A DNA stretch of 64,000 nucleotides, from assembly GCF_963921235.1 (NCBI RefSeq), contig NC_086108.1, forward strand, positions 42,968,001-43,032,000, written 5' to 3'. The notes beneath the pieces are model-generated. The model was not told the origin of the DNA and did no database searches. It saw only the letters and a list, made by a program, of their open reading frames with translations. The position numbers and the translations under genes were made by a program. Each line of letters opens with the position of its first letter. Position 1 is the first letter of the stretch. The stretch comes from Mobula hypostoma (lineage: Eukaryota). This document shows positions 1 to 12,529 of the stretch, one piece after another.

Positions 1-49
1 ACTTCTCTCAACCCTGGTCAGAAAACCATGGCAGGCGGGGATCCCACTT

Positions 50-2860
50 CAGCAGTTGAAATCAAGAAATCAATCAATAGTGACACCACTCAGAATCAGC
101 ACATGGAACATGCGAACCTTAATAGACAATACCAAGTTTGACAGACCAGAGAGAAGAACTACTTGGTGGCAAGAGGACTGGAGAGCTACAAGATTGACAT
201 CATGGCTCTCTCCAAGACCTGCCTGGCCAAGGAAGGCGAACTGACAAAAGTGGGTAGCAGCTACACATTCTTCTGGAGTGGATGCAGCAGCACTGAACAT
301 TGTGAAACAGGAATCAGATTTGCTATCAGGAACCACCTTGTCCAAAAGCTTACCAGTCTGCCAAAAGGAGTCAACGATCATCTAATGACCATGCAACTAC
401 TCTGGGGAACAAATACAATGTCAGGCTGATCAGCAATGACCAACCCAGAGGAAGCCAAACACAAGTTTGATAGAGAGCTTGATTTCCTGATAGCAGTTGT
501 ACCAAGGTCAGGCAGACTCCATGTCTTTGGAGTTTTCAATGCTCGAGTTGGAAGCGACTTCAATACCTGGGATGGAGTCCTGGGGCACTATGGGGTAGGC
601 GGATGCAGCATCGATGGCCTGCTGCTCCTGAAAACCTGTGTTATGCATGACTTGATCATCACCAACATGGTCTTCCACCTGCCAAACCATAACAAGACAC
701 TCGCTCTAAGCACTGGCGTCTGACTATGTCATCAATAGAAGATGTGACAGACATGATGTCAGAGTGACCAAAGCCATGTGTGATGCAGACTGCTGGACAG
801 ATCAGTGTCTGATTGTTTCCAAACTTAAAGTCCACATCCAACCCAAACAATGCCCTCAAGCAAGGAAATTTGCCAAGAAGCTCAACGTCAGCAAGCTGAA
901 ATCGGGTAGTACCGCAGACCAGCTGATTAAAAGCCTCCAGTCACAACTGGCTGATTTTCACCTTGGAGGGGATGTTGATGAAAACTGGGCTGCTTTCAGA
1001 GATCATGTTCACTCTGCTTCCTTCAAGATCCTCGGATATACAACAAGGAAGAACCAAGACCAATTTGATGAGAATAATGAGGAGATAAAAATTCACTTAC
1101 AGGAAAAGCACAGGCTACGCATCGCCTAACAGAATGATCCTTCGTGCATCTCTAAGAAGACAGCATTTGCCATTACACGCAGAATAGTTCAAGCCAAACT
1201 CAAAGATACAAGACTCTTAGCTCTGCAAAAAGGCTGACGAGATTCAGGGCTACGCCAACAGATATAACTCAAAAAGATGTTTTGATACTATCAGAACACT
1301 GTATGGCCCTCAGCCTTCTAGGACCTCACCCCTCCTTAGTGCAGATGGCACCGCACTCTCCACTGAGAAGGCCAAGATTCAGGGCAGCTAGGCAGAGCAC
1401 TTTGAATCTCTACTGAACAGACCATCCACCATAAATGAGAAAGCAATTGATCGTCTTGATCAAGTAGACATCAACCATGAGATGGTCTCTCTTCCCCAAG
1501 AAGAGGAAGTCAAGAAATTAATAGCCAGCTGTCAAGTGGCAAGGCTCCTGGAGCAGAAGCTATACCAGTGGAAGTCTACAAAACAGGTGGTCCACTCAAA
1601 ACTAGCAAGCTGACGCAGCTCTTCTGGTCCTGGGAGAATGGTCGGATTCTACAAGAAATGAAGTATGGATCCATTGTACACCTGTAAGGGAACCCACCAA
1701 GCATGTGACAACCACAGAGGCATCTCTTCGCTCTCAGTAGCTGGGAAAATGTTAGACAGAGTCCTGCTAGACAGGCTAAATGCTCATCTGGAATGAGGTA
1801 ATCTCTCAAAAAGTCAGTGCGGCTTCAGGAAAGGAAAAGGAACTATCAACATGATCTTTGTTGCAAGACAACTCAAGGAAAAATGTCAGGAGCAGAACAG
1901 ACAGCTCTTCACTGCCTTTGTCAATCTTATCAAGGCCTTTGATACAGTGAGCCGAGAGGTGTCGAGAAGACAGAAGTCATGCAGCATGCAACCCCAGATC
2001 AACCCTACCTGGAGCCATCCATCTCGGTGAATGGCCAGTGGCTCCAGGCCGTTGACAAGTTCACAGATAGCCCTTCTCAAGAGGAGTTCACGTTGACGAT
2101 GAGGTCAGCTGCAGTATTGCCAAGGCAAGTGCCAGTTTTGGGAGATGATGCGACACTGTCTGGGGCGCAAAGGAGTTACTCTGAGAAGACCAAGCTGAAA
2201 GTCTACCACACTACCCACTTCCTACCCACTCTCCTCCACATGTGCAAAATGTGGGGAGTGCACATGAGACCAGCACGTAGACTGAACCACTTCCACCTGT
2301 CATGCTGACAGAAGATTGTGAAGATCAATTGGCAAGACAGAATTCTTGACATGGAGGTGCTGTCTGCAGCTGACATGCCTACCATCCACACATTGCTGAT
2401 GAGACAAAACGTCAGATGAGCAGGCCATGTCATCAAGATGTCAGATAATCACACACCCAATGAGTTCCTTGGGGAACTGTCCACAGGGAAGTGCTCTCCT
2501 GGTGGCCAGTGAAAATAATTCAAGGACAACATTCAGACTTCACTCAAGGTCCTTGAGATCGATCACACTTCTTGGGAACATGCAGCCTTGAATCACTCAT
2601 CCTGGTGTAGCCTTCTCAATAAAGGTGGCACTAAAGCTGGAAATCTCAATGCAGAAGCAAAACGGAAACGACAACAGCAGAAAGAATGAGCACCAGGCAC
2701 CTCAACTAAAGAACCTTCACTCGCTTGCCCCACGTGTGGGAGGTACTTCTTAGCCCAGATTGGACTCACCAGTCCTCTCCGGACACACAAATAACAAACA
2801 CACCCGTTCAAGCGGTCCTCATCGTTCATGATGCACGAGCGCACGCACACGCACGATCCA
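50..2860 (+). mobile_element. Decayed RTE-clade LINE (APE endonuclease, RT with internal deletion, C-terminal C2H2-like finger)
   Basis: TWNMRTL..DRPERRT, YTFFWSG, DADCWTD, SQCGFRKGKGTINMIF, KAFDTVSRE and CPTCGRYFLAQIGLTS motifs across frameshifts and stops. Confidence 0.85.
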
Positions 2861-3119
2861 GATAGCTGTGTAGATATGCGGTCTTTTTGGACTCTATGCT
2901 GAATGTCACAATTTCACATAGCTACCTGTCTCTGTCGGTCAGTGAGCTGGATGCGACATTAACTGTATTTGTCCCTGCACAGATGCTGCTCGTTTTTCAT
3001 TTCAGTTACAGGTTATTTTTATCTCCACAACTGCTTCATTAATTTACCTGTTTATAATACACCATACAGATGAGTTATGATCAGTTAGCATTAATTTCCT
3101 CTCCATAAAGGAACTGATA

Positions 3120-5672
3120 ACTACATCTGCATGAAGTGCATCCAGCTACAGCTCTTTGAAGAATGTTAGGGATCTTTGGTTTGTATGGGATAGTGGGGAG
3201 ATAATTGATCAGAGTTACATGGAATTAGTCACCCTGAAGTTGCAGGAGGGGAGTTGCTGGGTGACTGTCAGGAGAAATGGAAATGTGAATAGGCAGTGCA
3301 GAGCACCTCTGTGGCCGCTCCCCCTATTCCCCTCAATTATAAGTAGGCCATTTTGGATACTGTTGTGGGGGATGACCTCTCGGGAACGCTGCGGAGACAG
3401 GATTACTGGCACTAAGCATAGGTCCGTGGTGCAGAAGGGAATGAGGGAGAAGAGGGGAGCAGTAGTGATAGGGGACTCAACAAAGCAAAAAAAATATAGT
3501 GGGAAGACATAGGATTGGGAAGCTTTTAAACCCAACAGAGAGCAACTATAAGAATCATTAGGAGAGAAAAGATGAGATATGAAAACAAGCTAGCAAACAA
3601 TATCAAAGTCGAAAGTAAAAGCTTTTTCAAGTATGGGGGAAGAAGCAATAAGGGAGATGAGAGTGGATGTAGGACAGCTAGAAAATGAGGTCAAAAAAAT
3701 AATAAAGGGGGCCAAGGAAATGGCAGATGAACTAAATGAGTACTTTCCATCATTCGTCATGGTGGAAGACACTAGCAATGTGCTAAATGTTGAAGAGTGT
3801 GAGGGAAGAGAAGTGAGTGCAATTACTATTTTTAGGGAAGAAGGTGCTCAAAAAGCTGAAAGACCTAGTGGTATATACGTCACCCGGACCAGATGAACTG
3901 TACCCTAGGGTTCTGAAAGAGGTAGCAGTAGGGATTGTAGAGGCATTAGTAATGATCTTTCAAAAACCATTGGATTCTGGCATGATGCCAGAGGACTGGA
4001 AATTGTAAATGTCACTCCACTCTAAGAGAAGAGGAAGGCAGCAGAAAGGAAATTATGGACCAGTTGCCTGACCTCAGTTGTTGGGAAGATGTTGAAGTCA
4101 ATCGCTGAAGGATGAGTTTATGGAGTACTTGGTGACACAGGACAAGATGGGACAAAGTCAGCATGTTTCCTTAGGGGAAAATCTTGCCTGATGAACCCAC
4201 TGGAATTCTTTGAGCAGATTACAAGTAGGATGGATAAAGGGGATGCAGTGGATGTTGTATATTTGGACCTTCAGCAGGCCTTTGACAAGGTGCCACACAT
4301 GAGGCTGCTTACCAATTTAAGAACCCATGGTATTACAGGAAAGTTAATGGCACAGTTAGAGCAGTGGTCCCAACCTCTGGGCCGCGAAGCATGCAGGGGT
4401 GCAGTGGTAGCTGGGACGCACCCAGCACATCTTTAAGAAAAAACCTGAAATAAACAAGCTAATTAAATTAATTAATGCTAATTTAATTAGCTTGTTTATT
4501 TCAGCTTTTTTCTTAAAGTTGTGCTGGGTGCGTCCGGGCTACCACTGCACCCCTGCATGCTTCGTGGCCCGGAGGTTGGGGACCACTGGGTTAAAGCATT
4601 GACTGATTGGTAGGAGGCAGCGAGTGGGAATGAAAGGATCCTTTTCTGGTTTGCTGCCGGTGACTAGTGGTGTTTTGCAGGGGTTGGTGTTGGGAACACT
4701 TTTTTATGCTGCATGTCTGTGAGTTAGATGATGGAATAGGTGGTTTTGTTGCCAAGTTTGCAGATGATACGAAGATTGGTGGAAGGGCAGATAGTGTTGA
4801 GGAAACAGGTAGGCTGCAGCAGGACTTAGACAGATTAGGAGAATAGGCAAGAGAGTGGCAAATGAAATACAAAGATGGAAAATACATGGTCATGCACTTT
4901 GGTAGTGCAGATTATTTTCTAAATGGGGAGAAATTCCAAAAATCTGAGATGCAAAGGGACTTGGGAGCCCTTACGCAGAACACCCTAATGGTTAATGCAG
5001 TTAGAATCGGTGGTGAGGGAGAGAAGTACAGTGTTAGCGTTCATTTTAAAAGGTCTAGAATACAAGAGCAGGGATGTGATGCTGAGGCTTTATAAGGCAC
5101 TCTTGAGGCCTCACTTTGAGTATTGTGGACAGTTTTGGGCTCCTCATCCAAGAGAAGATGTGATGGCATTGGAGAGGGTCCAGAGGAGGTTCACAAGGAT
5201 GATTCCAGGAATGAAAGGGTTATCATACGAGCAATGTTTAATAGCTCTGGGTCTGTACTTGCTGGAATTTAGAAGGATGGGGGGGGCGGGGTTCTCACTG
5301 AAACCTCTCAAATATTGAAAGGCCTAGACAGAGTAGATATGGAAAAGATGTTTCCCGTGGGGGGAGGGGTGGGTGTCTAGGACAAGAGGATACAGCCTCA
5401 GGATAGAGGGGCACTATTTAAAATGGATGCAGAGAAATTTCTTCAGCCAGAGGGTGGTGGATTTGTTACCACAGGTAGCTGTGGAGGCCAGGTCATTGGA
5501 TGTTTGTAAGGCAGATATTGATAGGTTCTTGATTGGACATGGCTTTCAAGAGTACGGGGAAAAGGCCAGGGAGTAGGGCTGAGGAGAGAAAAGGATCAGC
5601 CATGATCGAATGGTGGAGCAGACTCAATGGACCAAATGGCCTAATTCTGCTGCTATACCTTAAAGTCTTATG
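3120..5672 (+). mobile_element. Decayed CR1 LINE (ORF1 remnant, ORF2 RT and 3' end)
   Basis: SPGPDELYPRVLKE, VDVVYLD.QQAFDKVPH, KFADDTK, RPHFEYCGQFWAP, RTRGYSLRI motifs. Confidence 0.9.
4362..4588. mobile_element. Fold-back hAT/Charlie-type MITE inserted in the CR1
   Basis: Near-perfect 227-bp palindrome; termini cagtggtcccaacc / ggttggggaccactg; 8-bp flanks agttagag / ggttaaag (6/8). Confidence 0.85.
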
Positions 5673-6415
5673 AAAAACAATTGTCATCCAGTTAATTTTA
5701 GTTGCCTGTCCATTTCCCTTTATTGATGCCTGACCTGCTGAGTTCCCTCCAGTGTTTTATGTGTTTTTCCAGACTCCTGCATCTGCAGTCTTCTGTCTCA
5801 GTCTACGTTGCCACCCTCTAAAACACACTGTCTTTGTTCCCCTGCCCCTCCTCAGTTCTGCAGTTTAAAATCTGTTTACTTGGTTTTCTAGTTCTGATGA
5901 AAGATCACTGATTTGAAATGTTATTTCCTACTTATCTTATCAGCAATACTGCCTGACCCACCCATAAAATTTTGTTTTAATTAAACATCATGCCAGATTT
6001 CTCTGTGCGTAAGGTAGCCTCGTTATATCCCTCCGATCAATTTTTACTTTTTTCCTTTCCCTCACAAATTTCTGAAATTGTCCCTCAATATTCTGAAATT
6101 TGTAATATTCATTACTCTTTGAGGAGGAAGAAATGAATGAGGAGCATATCAAGCTTGGATATGCTTTTACAGAGCTTCCTTGTAAAATGTTAGGTAATGT
6201 AGGAAGCAATAAGCTTTTTCTTAAACAAATTATCTCGCTTTCTGTGGTCTGAACTATGGCAACAGTGTCTTAAATATAAAAGCAGGGAATTGAAAAGTGG
6301 GTAAATCTTTCTGCAATTATCGGAGGCTTTGTTAAAGTTACATCTCTAACATTCTATGCAGTTTTGGTCTAGGTTGTATTTCAAGTCAGAGCAGTGTAAG
6401 TTTATTGTAATTATT

Positions 6416-8900
6416 GTCACCAGTGGAGTGCCTCAGGGATCTGTTCTGGGACCCTTACTCTTCGTGATTTGTATAAATGACCTGGATGAGGAAGTGGAGG
6501 GATGGGTTAGTAAGTTTGCTGATGACACAAAGATTGGAGGTGTTGTGGATAGTGTGGAGGGCTGTCAGAGGTTACAGCGGGACATTGATAGGATACAAAA
6601 CTGGGCTGAGGAGTGGCAGATGGAGTTCAACCCAGATAAGTGTGAAGTGGTTCATTTTGGTAAGTCAAATATGATGGCAGAATATAGTATTAATGGTAAG
6701 ACTCTTGGCAGTGTGGAGGATCAGAGGGATCTTAGGGTCTGAGTCCATAGGACACTCAAAGCAGCTACACAGGTTGACTCTGTGGTTAAGATGGCGTACG
6801 GTATATTGGCCTTCATCAATCGTGGAATTGGATTTAGGAGCCGAGAGGTAATGTTGCAGCTATATAGGACCCTGGTCAGACCACACTTGGAGTACTGTGC
6901 GCAGTTCTGGTCACCTCACTACAGAAAGGATGTGGAAGCCGTAGAAAGGGTGCAGAGGAGATTTATGAGGATGTTGCGGGGAGCATGCCTTATGAGAACA
7001 GGTTGAGTGAATTCGGCCTTTTCTCCTTGGAGCGGCAGAGGATGAGAGGTGACCTGATAGAGGTGTATAAGATGATGAGAGGCACTGATCATGTGGATAG
7101 TCAGAGGCTTTTTCCCAGGGCTGAAATTCAAAAGATTCAAAAAGATTCAAAAAACTTTATTGTCATTCTAACCATACATCAGCTCTGCAGGGCAGAATAA
7201 GACTGTGTTTCTCAGGGGCAGTGCAATCATAACATAACAAACGCAACACTAAATAATAAACATAACAATAAATAGTAAAACACAACAGCCACATGTCAGT
7301 TAAGATCATTTATAAGTGCCCAGTGCAAGTTAAAAGTGTCCAAAGCAGAGTCAGGTGGAGCAGCAATTTAGCAGTCTGACTGCCTGTGGGAGGAAGCTGT
7401 TTAGTAGCCTTGTGGTTTTAGTTTTGATGCTCCTGTAACGTTTGCCTGATGGCAGAAGGACAACCAGTTCATGGAGAGGGTGTGAGGGGTCTTTAATGAT
7501 GTACCGTGTCTTTTGGAGGCATCGACTCTGAAAGAGGTCTTGGACAGAAGGTAGGAGATCCCAGTAACCTTCCCTGCTCCCCTAATCACCCTCTGCAAGG
7601 ATTTTTTGTCGACAGCACTGCAGCTGGAGTACCAGGTTGTGATGCAAAAGGTCAGCACACTCTCAACCACGCCTCTGTAGAATGTAGTTAAGACGTTAGT
7701 GGGGAGTGATGCTTGTTTAAGCTTTCTCAGAAAGTGCAATCTCTGCTGGGCCTATTTCACAATCCCAGTGGTGTTCCTGGACCAGGTGAGATTGTCCGAG
7801 ATCTGCACCCCAAGGAACTTGATGTTTTCCACTCTCTCCACTGTGGAGCCGCTGATGCTGAGGGGTGTGTGCTCAAGCTGAGACCGTCTGAAATCGACGA
7901 TCATCTCCTTGTTTTTGGTGACATTAAGCATCAAGTTGTTATCCCTGCACCAGCTCTCTAGGTGTTTGACCTCCTCCCTGTACATAGTTTCATCATTTTT
8001 GCTGATGAGCCCCACCACTGTGGTATCATCTGCAAATTTAATGATCAGGTTCTCCTTGAATCTGGCTGCACAGTCATGTGTTAGCAGTGTAAACAGCAAT
8101 GGGCTAAGCACACAGCCTCGTGGGGATCCAGTGCTCAGTGTGATGGAGTCAGAGATGTTCCTGCCAACTCGGACTGACTGTGGTCTCTCTGTCAAGAAAT
8201 CCAGAATCCAGCGACACATGGCAGTGCTAAGGCCAAGCAGCGACAGTTTCTACACTAGTCTCTGCGGGATGATGGTATTGAACGCTGAACTGAAATCAAT
8301 GTGCAGGATTCTGGCATAAGTGTCTTTGTTGTTCAAGTGAGAGAGAACTGTGTGCAGTGTGGTGGATATTGCGTCCTCCGTAGAGCGATTTGGATGATAA
8401 GCATACTGTAGAGGATCCAGTGATGAGGGGAGGCTGGCTGTGATATGAGGCTTGACAAGCTGTTCAAAACATTTCATCACTATGGGGGTCAGGGCAACGG
8501 GTCGGTAATCACTCAGACAGGCTACAACTGATTTCTTTGCTACAGGGGTGATTGTGGAGGTTCTGAAGCATCTGGGGACAATAGCTTGACTAAGGGAGAT
8601 GTTGAAAATGGTTGCCACAAGAGGACACAGGTTTCAGGTGCTGGGGAGTAGGTACAGAGTAGATGTCAGGGGTAAGTTTTTTTTACTCGAAGAGCAGTGA
8701 GTGCGTGGAATGGGCTGCAGAAATGGTGGTGGAGGCGGATACGATAGGATCTTTTAAGAGACTTTTAGATAGGTACATGGAACTTAGTAAAATAGGGGGC
8801 TATAGGTAAGCCTAGTAATTTCTAAGGTAGGGACATGTTTGGCACAACTCTGTGGGTCGAAGGGCCTGTATTGTGCTGTATGTTTTCTATATTTCTATTT
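6416..8900 (+). mobile_element. CR1 LINE 3' part, split by a Rex/Babar insertion (CR1 pieces ~6416-7127 and ~8605-8900)
   Basis: VTSGVPQGSVLGPLLF, KFADDTKIGG, RPHLEYCAQFWSP; CR1 resumes at atggttgccacaagaggacac; ttcta-type tail. Confidence 0.9.
7128..8608 (-). mobile_element. 5'-truncated Rex1/Babar-type LINE RT fragment
   Basis: [52 protein letters not shown]; tandem ttgaatcttt tail at 7128-7152. Confidence 0.88.
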
Positions 8901-10112
8901 GGATGAGGTCTGTCTCCTGATGTAATATCAAGCAAGGGTGTTCTATACATGTGTTTAGGAGAGCAAACAGTCTCATTAAGACAGTTATTTAAGATTCAGA
9001 AAGGGTTTATTTTCATGGGTGTATTTGTTGCAGGTAGAGATGCCATTTAATGCCCAACTCTTAACGTCTCTGAACTATGTGTTCAAAGGGCCATTTGGAA
9101 GGGAAATTGAATCAAGAATCTGTCTGCTGAAACCCATAGTATGGAATTGGCAAGGACAGCAGATATTCTACCTTGAAGGGCATTAATGAAATAATTTTTT
9201 TGACGACAATGTAATTTCATTATTGTCATATGCAAGCTGTTTGGTTATAGTGAATTAGGACAGTGGTTCTCAATGGGGGCTATTTGCCCCCCCCCTCCCC
9301 AGGGCCATGTCTGTTTGTAGGGACCACAATAAAAGTACAAGAAACTGGCGGCCACTGGAGTATCTGAATGGGCCATGATAAGTTTACTGTTTTAAAGAAA
9401 TATTAGTAAAATATAAAAATAAAAAAGTAATATGTAATTTATTTGAAACCTTTAATGAAATGAATGGGAAAATATGCTAGATGATGCAAATGAAGCAGCA
9501 AACAGCTTTGTGTTTGTGTGTGCGTGCTCACATACTCATGAGCGGGGTGGGGGGGAGAGGGGTTTGGTGCGGCACATCAATCGTTATCTCTGCCCCTGCT
9601 TGATTACCATTCACACTCTGCAGGGGAGCCCACAGGACCCTGCTCCACATCCCCAAATCACAAACTGCAGATTGGGCAGGGTTGTCTACATCAAGGCTAA
9701 TACTGACTGTACAGCAAGAGGCTGGTTCTCTTTGCTTTTCACTGACCTGTGTGTATTGTAATACTTAAAACATGACATGATGGCTGCAAATGAAGAAGAC
9801 CTTGAATGGCTACTTATGTTTTGTAAATCCAAAACACAAAACTAATTGAAAGAAAAACTTGGAGACCTGTACAAGCATGTACTTTTGACAATCCTGCATC
9901 ACCCTCATCAGATTTTTCATCAACATCATGCAGATTAGTGCTCTTTTTGAAAGTTCAATGAAACTTTTTATCCTTTTCTCTTCCCTGTTCAGTCTATTTA
10001 TTTTTGTTTGGCCAGGCAAGTTTCTGTTTAGATGTTGCAATTTTGTTCACGCTCACTTTCGTTCCTGACTGTAACTCAATTGCATCTGCCTGCTGTTTCC
10101 ATTGCTTTTTTC

Positions 10113-10235
10113 ATAGTCATAGTCATAGTCATACTTTATTGATCCCGGGGGAAATTGATTTTTGTTACAGTTGCACCATAAATAGTAAATAGTAATAGAC
10201 CCATAAATAATTAATAGTTAAGTAGTTTAAAATGT
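10113..10235 (-). mobile_element. Rex/Babar LINE 3' tail fragment
   Basis: (catagt)n tail plus actttattgatcccggggg, same family as 27122-27520. Confidence 0.7.
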
Positions 10236-10308
10236 AAGTTGTACCTCTTTAAAATAGGAGCCATTTAATGCTTTCTTGTGGGATTCCACAAACTATGATT
10301 TCTTAGTA

Positions 10309-10836
10309 CAGGTTACCCCCACTATCCAAAAGTAGAGCGTTCCTATGAAACCGTTCGTAAGCGGAAATGGCGTAAAGCGAAGAAGCAATTACCATTAATT
10401 TATATAGGAAAATTTTTTGAGTGTTCCCAGACCCAAAAAATAACCTGCCAAATCATACCAAATAGCACATAAAACCTAAAATAACACTAACATATAGTAA
10501 AAGCAGGAATGATATGATAAATGCATAGCCTATATAAAGTAGAAATAATGTATGTACGGTGTAGTTTCACTTAACAGAATCGGGAAGATTTAGCCAAAAC
10601 CGATTTGTAGAAAAAAAGCAGCATATACATGCATGCGCACACACCTGCCCGCGTGAGGCTTCACGGTCATGGTGGTCTTTCTCGGGGTAAACACAAGTTT
10701 AAAGCGGGCGTCTTTTTTCATAAAAGTGAAAATCCTCTTTCGGTTAGTGAAAACAGGTACTAATGTAGGTCTTTCGTAAAAGTGAAGTGCGTAAAGTGAG
10801 GTGCGTAAAGCAAACGTTTGTAAAGCGGGGAACACT
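10309..10836. mobile_element. Tigger/pogo-like MITE
   Basis: TA-flanked caggttaccccc start and gcggggaacac end, with subterminal (cgtaaagcg) repeats at both ends. Confidence 0.65.
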
Positions 10837-11495
10837 ATCACTAAACTGACAATGCTCAGACAATCTATTCAATTCAGCCACATACGCTAAAATGGACCTC
10901 CCTTCCTTTTGATTCTGTTGATGAAACACGAAGCATTCTGAACCTAACAATGGCTTCAGTTGTAGGGTGTTCCTACATTACTTTCATGAAGCTCATTTCA
11001 GCTGCTTTGGTTGAGCAGTTAAACTTCTAAGCAAACTATGTTCTTCCACCCAATGCAGTGTGCAAAACTGGCAGTTATTTCTTATTGGCTATTTCATTTG
11101 CTTCAAAATACTGCTCCATTTGCTCAGTATACAATATCCAACTATTTGTTATGCAATTGAATGTGTCTATGTTTCCATTTTTGCCATTTTAAATTTATGA
11201 TTATCAATCACTTTTTAAAATTCTAACATTTGCTGCACTTCTGCAGGTAGGTAGTTGACTTGAATTTGCTTAAAACTTCCTCATCATCACTTATGTTTTG
11301 TAACTCCAAGACGTAAAACTAATTGAAAGAAAAGCATGGGGAGACCAGGACGTGCATGTACTTTTTTTATGCTTTAAGCAAAGCACACTGTTATGATGTG
11401 GCTTGATGATGTATGCCTTTCATGTACTTTTACATATAACTCACAATGCATTATGTAAACAACAAAGTAAGCTTAATCAAACAATATGTTAGCAC

Positions 11496-12345
11496 GGTGA
11501 CAAGAATACACATAGATTAAGATGTAGCTGTCCTGTGCTGGCACCAGTGGGATCAGCAGTTGGTCTGCCACCTGTCTTCAGGAGAGAGGGAGATAAGGAA
11601 AACAATGGAGCAGCATTTGGAGATGTTAATGAAGGGGAAGGAGAGCTGTCAAGATCGGCTTCCCCCTTGAACCCTGAACTGTTTGAAGTGATGCACAGGT
11701 GATACCCCAGCAGGGGGATAAAAAGGGACAGGTTCGCTAAGGCAGCACACACACGACACCCGAGGTAACAAGACCCTGGAAGCGGTGCGTCTCTCACAAG
11801 TCAGTGGGAAGTACTGGGCCATAGACGCACAGGGTGGAAAGGCACGATTGGCGGGAACCTGGTGTGTGTCCACCCTTGCCTGGGTGCCAGGTTCACCGCA
11901 GGGAAATGATCGTATCTGGAAATGGAGGGGTCACGGTCGGTTACCTCAGATGACATCACAAAGGACTCGCCCGAAAGCTGACTGTGAAGATCTGTGTGGA
12001 AGCCTTGAATATTCATTCGTTTTGCTCTCTCTCTCCTCCCCCCCACTGTCCATCGCCACGGCAGCGATTACTGCGAACTGAACTGAACTAAATTGAACTG
12101 AACTTTGCGTCACATTGAAACTGGTCATTTACCCCTAGACAACGATAGAGCTTGATTGATCCTGTTATCTGAATTCTGTGTACATGTATGTTTATCATTG
12201 CTGAACTGTTGCATTCATTATCCTTTTGATTAGAGTACTGTGTTGCTTGTTTCTTTAATAAAACCTTCTTAGTTCTAGTAATCCAGACTCCAACTGAGTG
12301 ATCCATTTCTGCTGGTTTGGCAACCCAGTTACGGGGTACGTAACA
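11496..12345 (+). mobile_element. Solo LTR (850 bp), gypsy-like
   Basis: Ends in ...taaca; 4-bp TSD gcac (11492-11495, 12346-12349); TATA-like ggataaaaag at ~11716 and AATAAA at ~12257. Confidence 0.75.
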
Positions 12346-12349
12346 GCAC

Positions 12350-12529
12350 TCACACAAAATGCTGGTGGAACACAGCAGGCCAGGCAGCATCTACAGGAAT
12401 AAGTACAGTCGACGTCTCAGCCTGAGACGTCGACTGTACTTATTCCTATAGATGCTGCCTGGCCTGCTGCGTTCCACCAGCATTTTGTGTGTGTTGCTTG
12501 AATTTCCAGCATCTGCAGATTTCCTCGTG
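12350..12529. repeat. Penelope-derived fold-back element (long near-perfect hairpin)
   Basis: Inverted arms cacacaaaatgctgg...gtcgacgtctcag / ctgagacgtcgac...ccagcattttgtgtg; arm is homologous to the 3' terminal repeat of the Penelope fragment at 43160-43262. Confidence 0.8.

Noticed and set aside
12350..12492. Hairpin as a candidate miRNA gene
   Set aside because: Member of a multicopy Penelope-derived repeat; no recognisable miRNA sequence and no expression data.
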